Origin: Anaeromyxobacteraceae bacterium
GTDB taxonomy: Bacteria; Myxococcota; Myxococcia; Myxococcales; Anaeromyxobacteraceae
Length of the DNA stretch: 64,000 nucleotides
Direction of reading: 5' to 3'
NCBI GenBank assembly: GCA_047602405.1
Contig: JASGHJ010000001.1
Location: forward strand, 1,536,001-1,600,000
Positions 62,715-64,000 of this stretch are shown one piece after another (position 1 is the stretch's first letter; each line of letters begins with the position of its first letter). The notes beneath the pieces were generated by a model. It was not told the DNA's origin, did not search any database, and saw nothing but the letters and a program-made list of their open reading frames with translations. A program made the translations under genes and the position numbers.

Positions 62715-64000
62715 TTATCCGCCGCGCCGCCTCCCGGAGCGGGTCGCGAGCGCGGCCAGCCGCTCGCGCGAGCGGACGTCCGACCAAAGGGTGGTCAGGT
62801 CCATCGGCATCCGGTAGGTCCAGTTCGCGTCCGTCACCGTGCCCGGCACGTTCACGCGCTCGCGCGCGCCCATCGCGTCCTGGAAGGGGAGGAGCAACAG
62901 GTCGCTCCCCGCCCCGTAGACCATGTCGAGGAGCGCGTCGCGCACGCCCTCGTCGAACCGCGCCGGCGCGCGCTCGCGGACCGGCGCGAGCGCCGGCACC
63001 TGGAGGAGCGCCTTGCGCTCGTCGTCCTGCAGGGTCTCGTACCAGTCGGCGACCGAGTCGGTGTCGTGCGTGCCCGTGGTGGCGACCGAGAGCGGGGCCC
63101 AGCCGGCGGGATCGGTGAACGGCTGGCCGGGGTCGTGCCAGGCGCGCTCCCAGCGCTGGACCTTGTAGCCCGGGATGCCGAGCCGCTTCAGCGACTCGCG
63201 CACGAAGTCCGGCACCACGCCGAGGTCCTCGGCGATGATCCGCGCGCCCTTCGCGAACACGCCGAGCACCTGCTCGCCGTTCCGGATCTGGGCGGGCTCG
63301 GTGTCCGGCACGAACCTCGCTGGGCTCCCGTCGTTCGGGAAGGTGTAGGTGCGGTACAGCCCGATGACGTGGTCGACGCGGTACACGTCGTAGAGGTCGG
63401 CCATCCGGCGCGCGCGGGCGGAGAGCCACGGGTAGCCCTCCCTGTCCATCACGTCCCAGCGGTAGACCGGCAGGCCCCAGTCCTGGCCCGTGGCGCTGAA
63501 CGCGTCGGGCGGCACGCCCACCCGCGCGTCCATGCGGAAGTCACCGCGGCGCGACCAGACGTCGGCGGAGTCGCCCGCGACCATGAAGGGCAGGTCACCC
63601 GCGAGGTCGACGCCCGCGGCGTTCACGCCCTTGCGCGCCTCGCGCCACTGCAGGTCGAGCTGCCACTGCACCCAGGAGAGGAACAGGATCTTCCGGGCGT
63701 GGCGGCCGCGGGCCTCGTCGAGCGCCGCCGGGTGGCGCTCGCGCAGCGGCTCGGGCCACTCGGTCCAGGGGCGACCGCCCAGGTCGTCGTCGTGGAGCGC
63801 GACGAAGAGCGCGTAGTCGGGCAGCCAGGCCGCGTTCTCCTTCACGAACGCCTCGAGGGCCCGCGCGCGCGCGGTCCGCTGCTTCCACTCGTCTCGCTCG
63901 AAGCGGTCGAACGCGAGCGCCAGCGCCCGGCCCTTCAGCGCCCGCACGTCCGCCCAGCGGACCTTCGGCGAGGCGCGCACCTCGGCGAGGAGGCGCCGGT
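62715..64000 (-). CDS. malQ: 4-alpha-glucanotransferase (partial, runs off right edge)
   Basis: GDLPF, GVPPDAFSATGQDWGLP, YRVDH, AEDLG, GTHD, NVPGT. Confidence 0.93.
   Translation of the reverse strand, partial: RRLLAEVRASPKVRWADVRALKGRALALAFDRFERDEWKQRTARARALEAFVKENAAWLPDYALFVALHDDDLGGRPWTEWPEPLRERHPAALDEARGRHARKILFLSWVQWQLDLQWREARKGVNAAGVDLAGDLPFMVAGDSADVWSRRGDFRMDARVGVPPDAFSATGQDWGLPVYRWDVMDREGYPWLSARARRMADLYDVYRVDHVIGLYRTYTFPNDGSPARFVPDTEPAQIRNGEQVLGVFAKGARIIAEDLGVVPDFVRESLKRLGIPGYKVQRWERAWHDPGQPFTDPAGWAPLSVATTGTHDTDSVADWYETLQDDERKALLQVPALAPVRERAPARFDEGVRDALLDMVYGAGSDLLLLPFQDAMGARERVNVPGTVTDANWTYRMPMDLTTLWSDVRSRERLAALATRSGRRRGG

Overview
High-GC bacterial chromosome segment. Gene content (Oar-like TonB locus, DUF4388-DnaJ, DUF222/HNH proteins, short EF-Ts) points to Myxococcota, probably Anaeromyxobacter-like. 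Most of it is housekeeping: propionyl/methylmalonyl-CoA genes, rpsB-tsf, bcp-rsmB-mutM-rnhB-pcnB-pyrH-frr, nadE, tkt and treY/malQ. The main finding is at 141-2338, a 2.2-kb transposase-less element bounded by perfect terminal inverted repeats and a TA duplication. It carries only an intact TnpB-like RuvC nuclease with a structured omegaRNA-like 3' end and a DNA-damage-type promoter. It sits in the shared CTAG stop codons of two convergent genes and leaves both stops intact. Other findings: a selenocysteine (UGA) peroxiredoxin missed by the ORF track; a dense REP-like palindromic family (about 19 loci, some nested, tandem or translated in frame, one pair replacing an HNH active site); LexA-box-like sites in front of all three nuclease genes; and four +1 frameshifts, three at the same CAGA[A]TC motif, which are probably systematic sequencing errors. 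All product calls come from reading motifs by eye; no database search was run.
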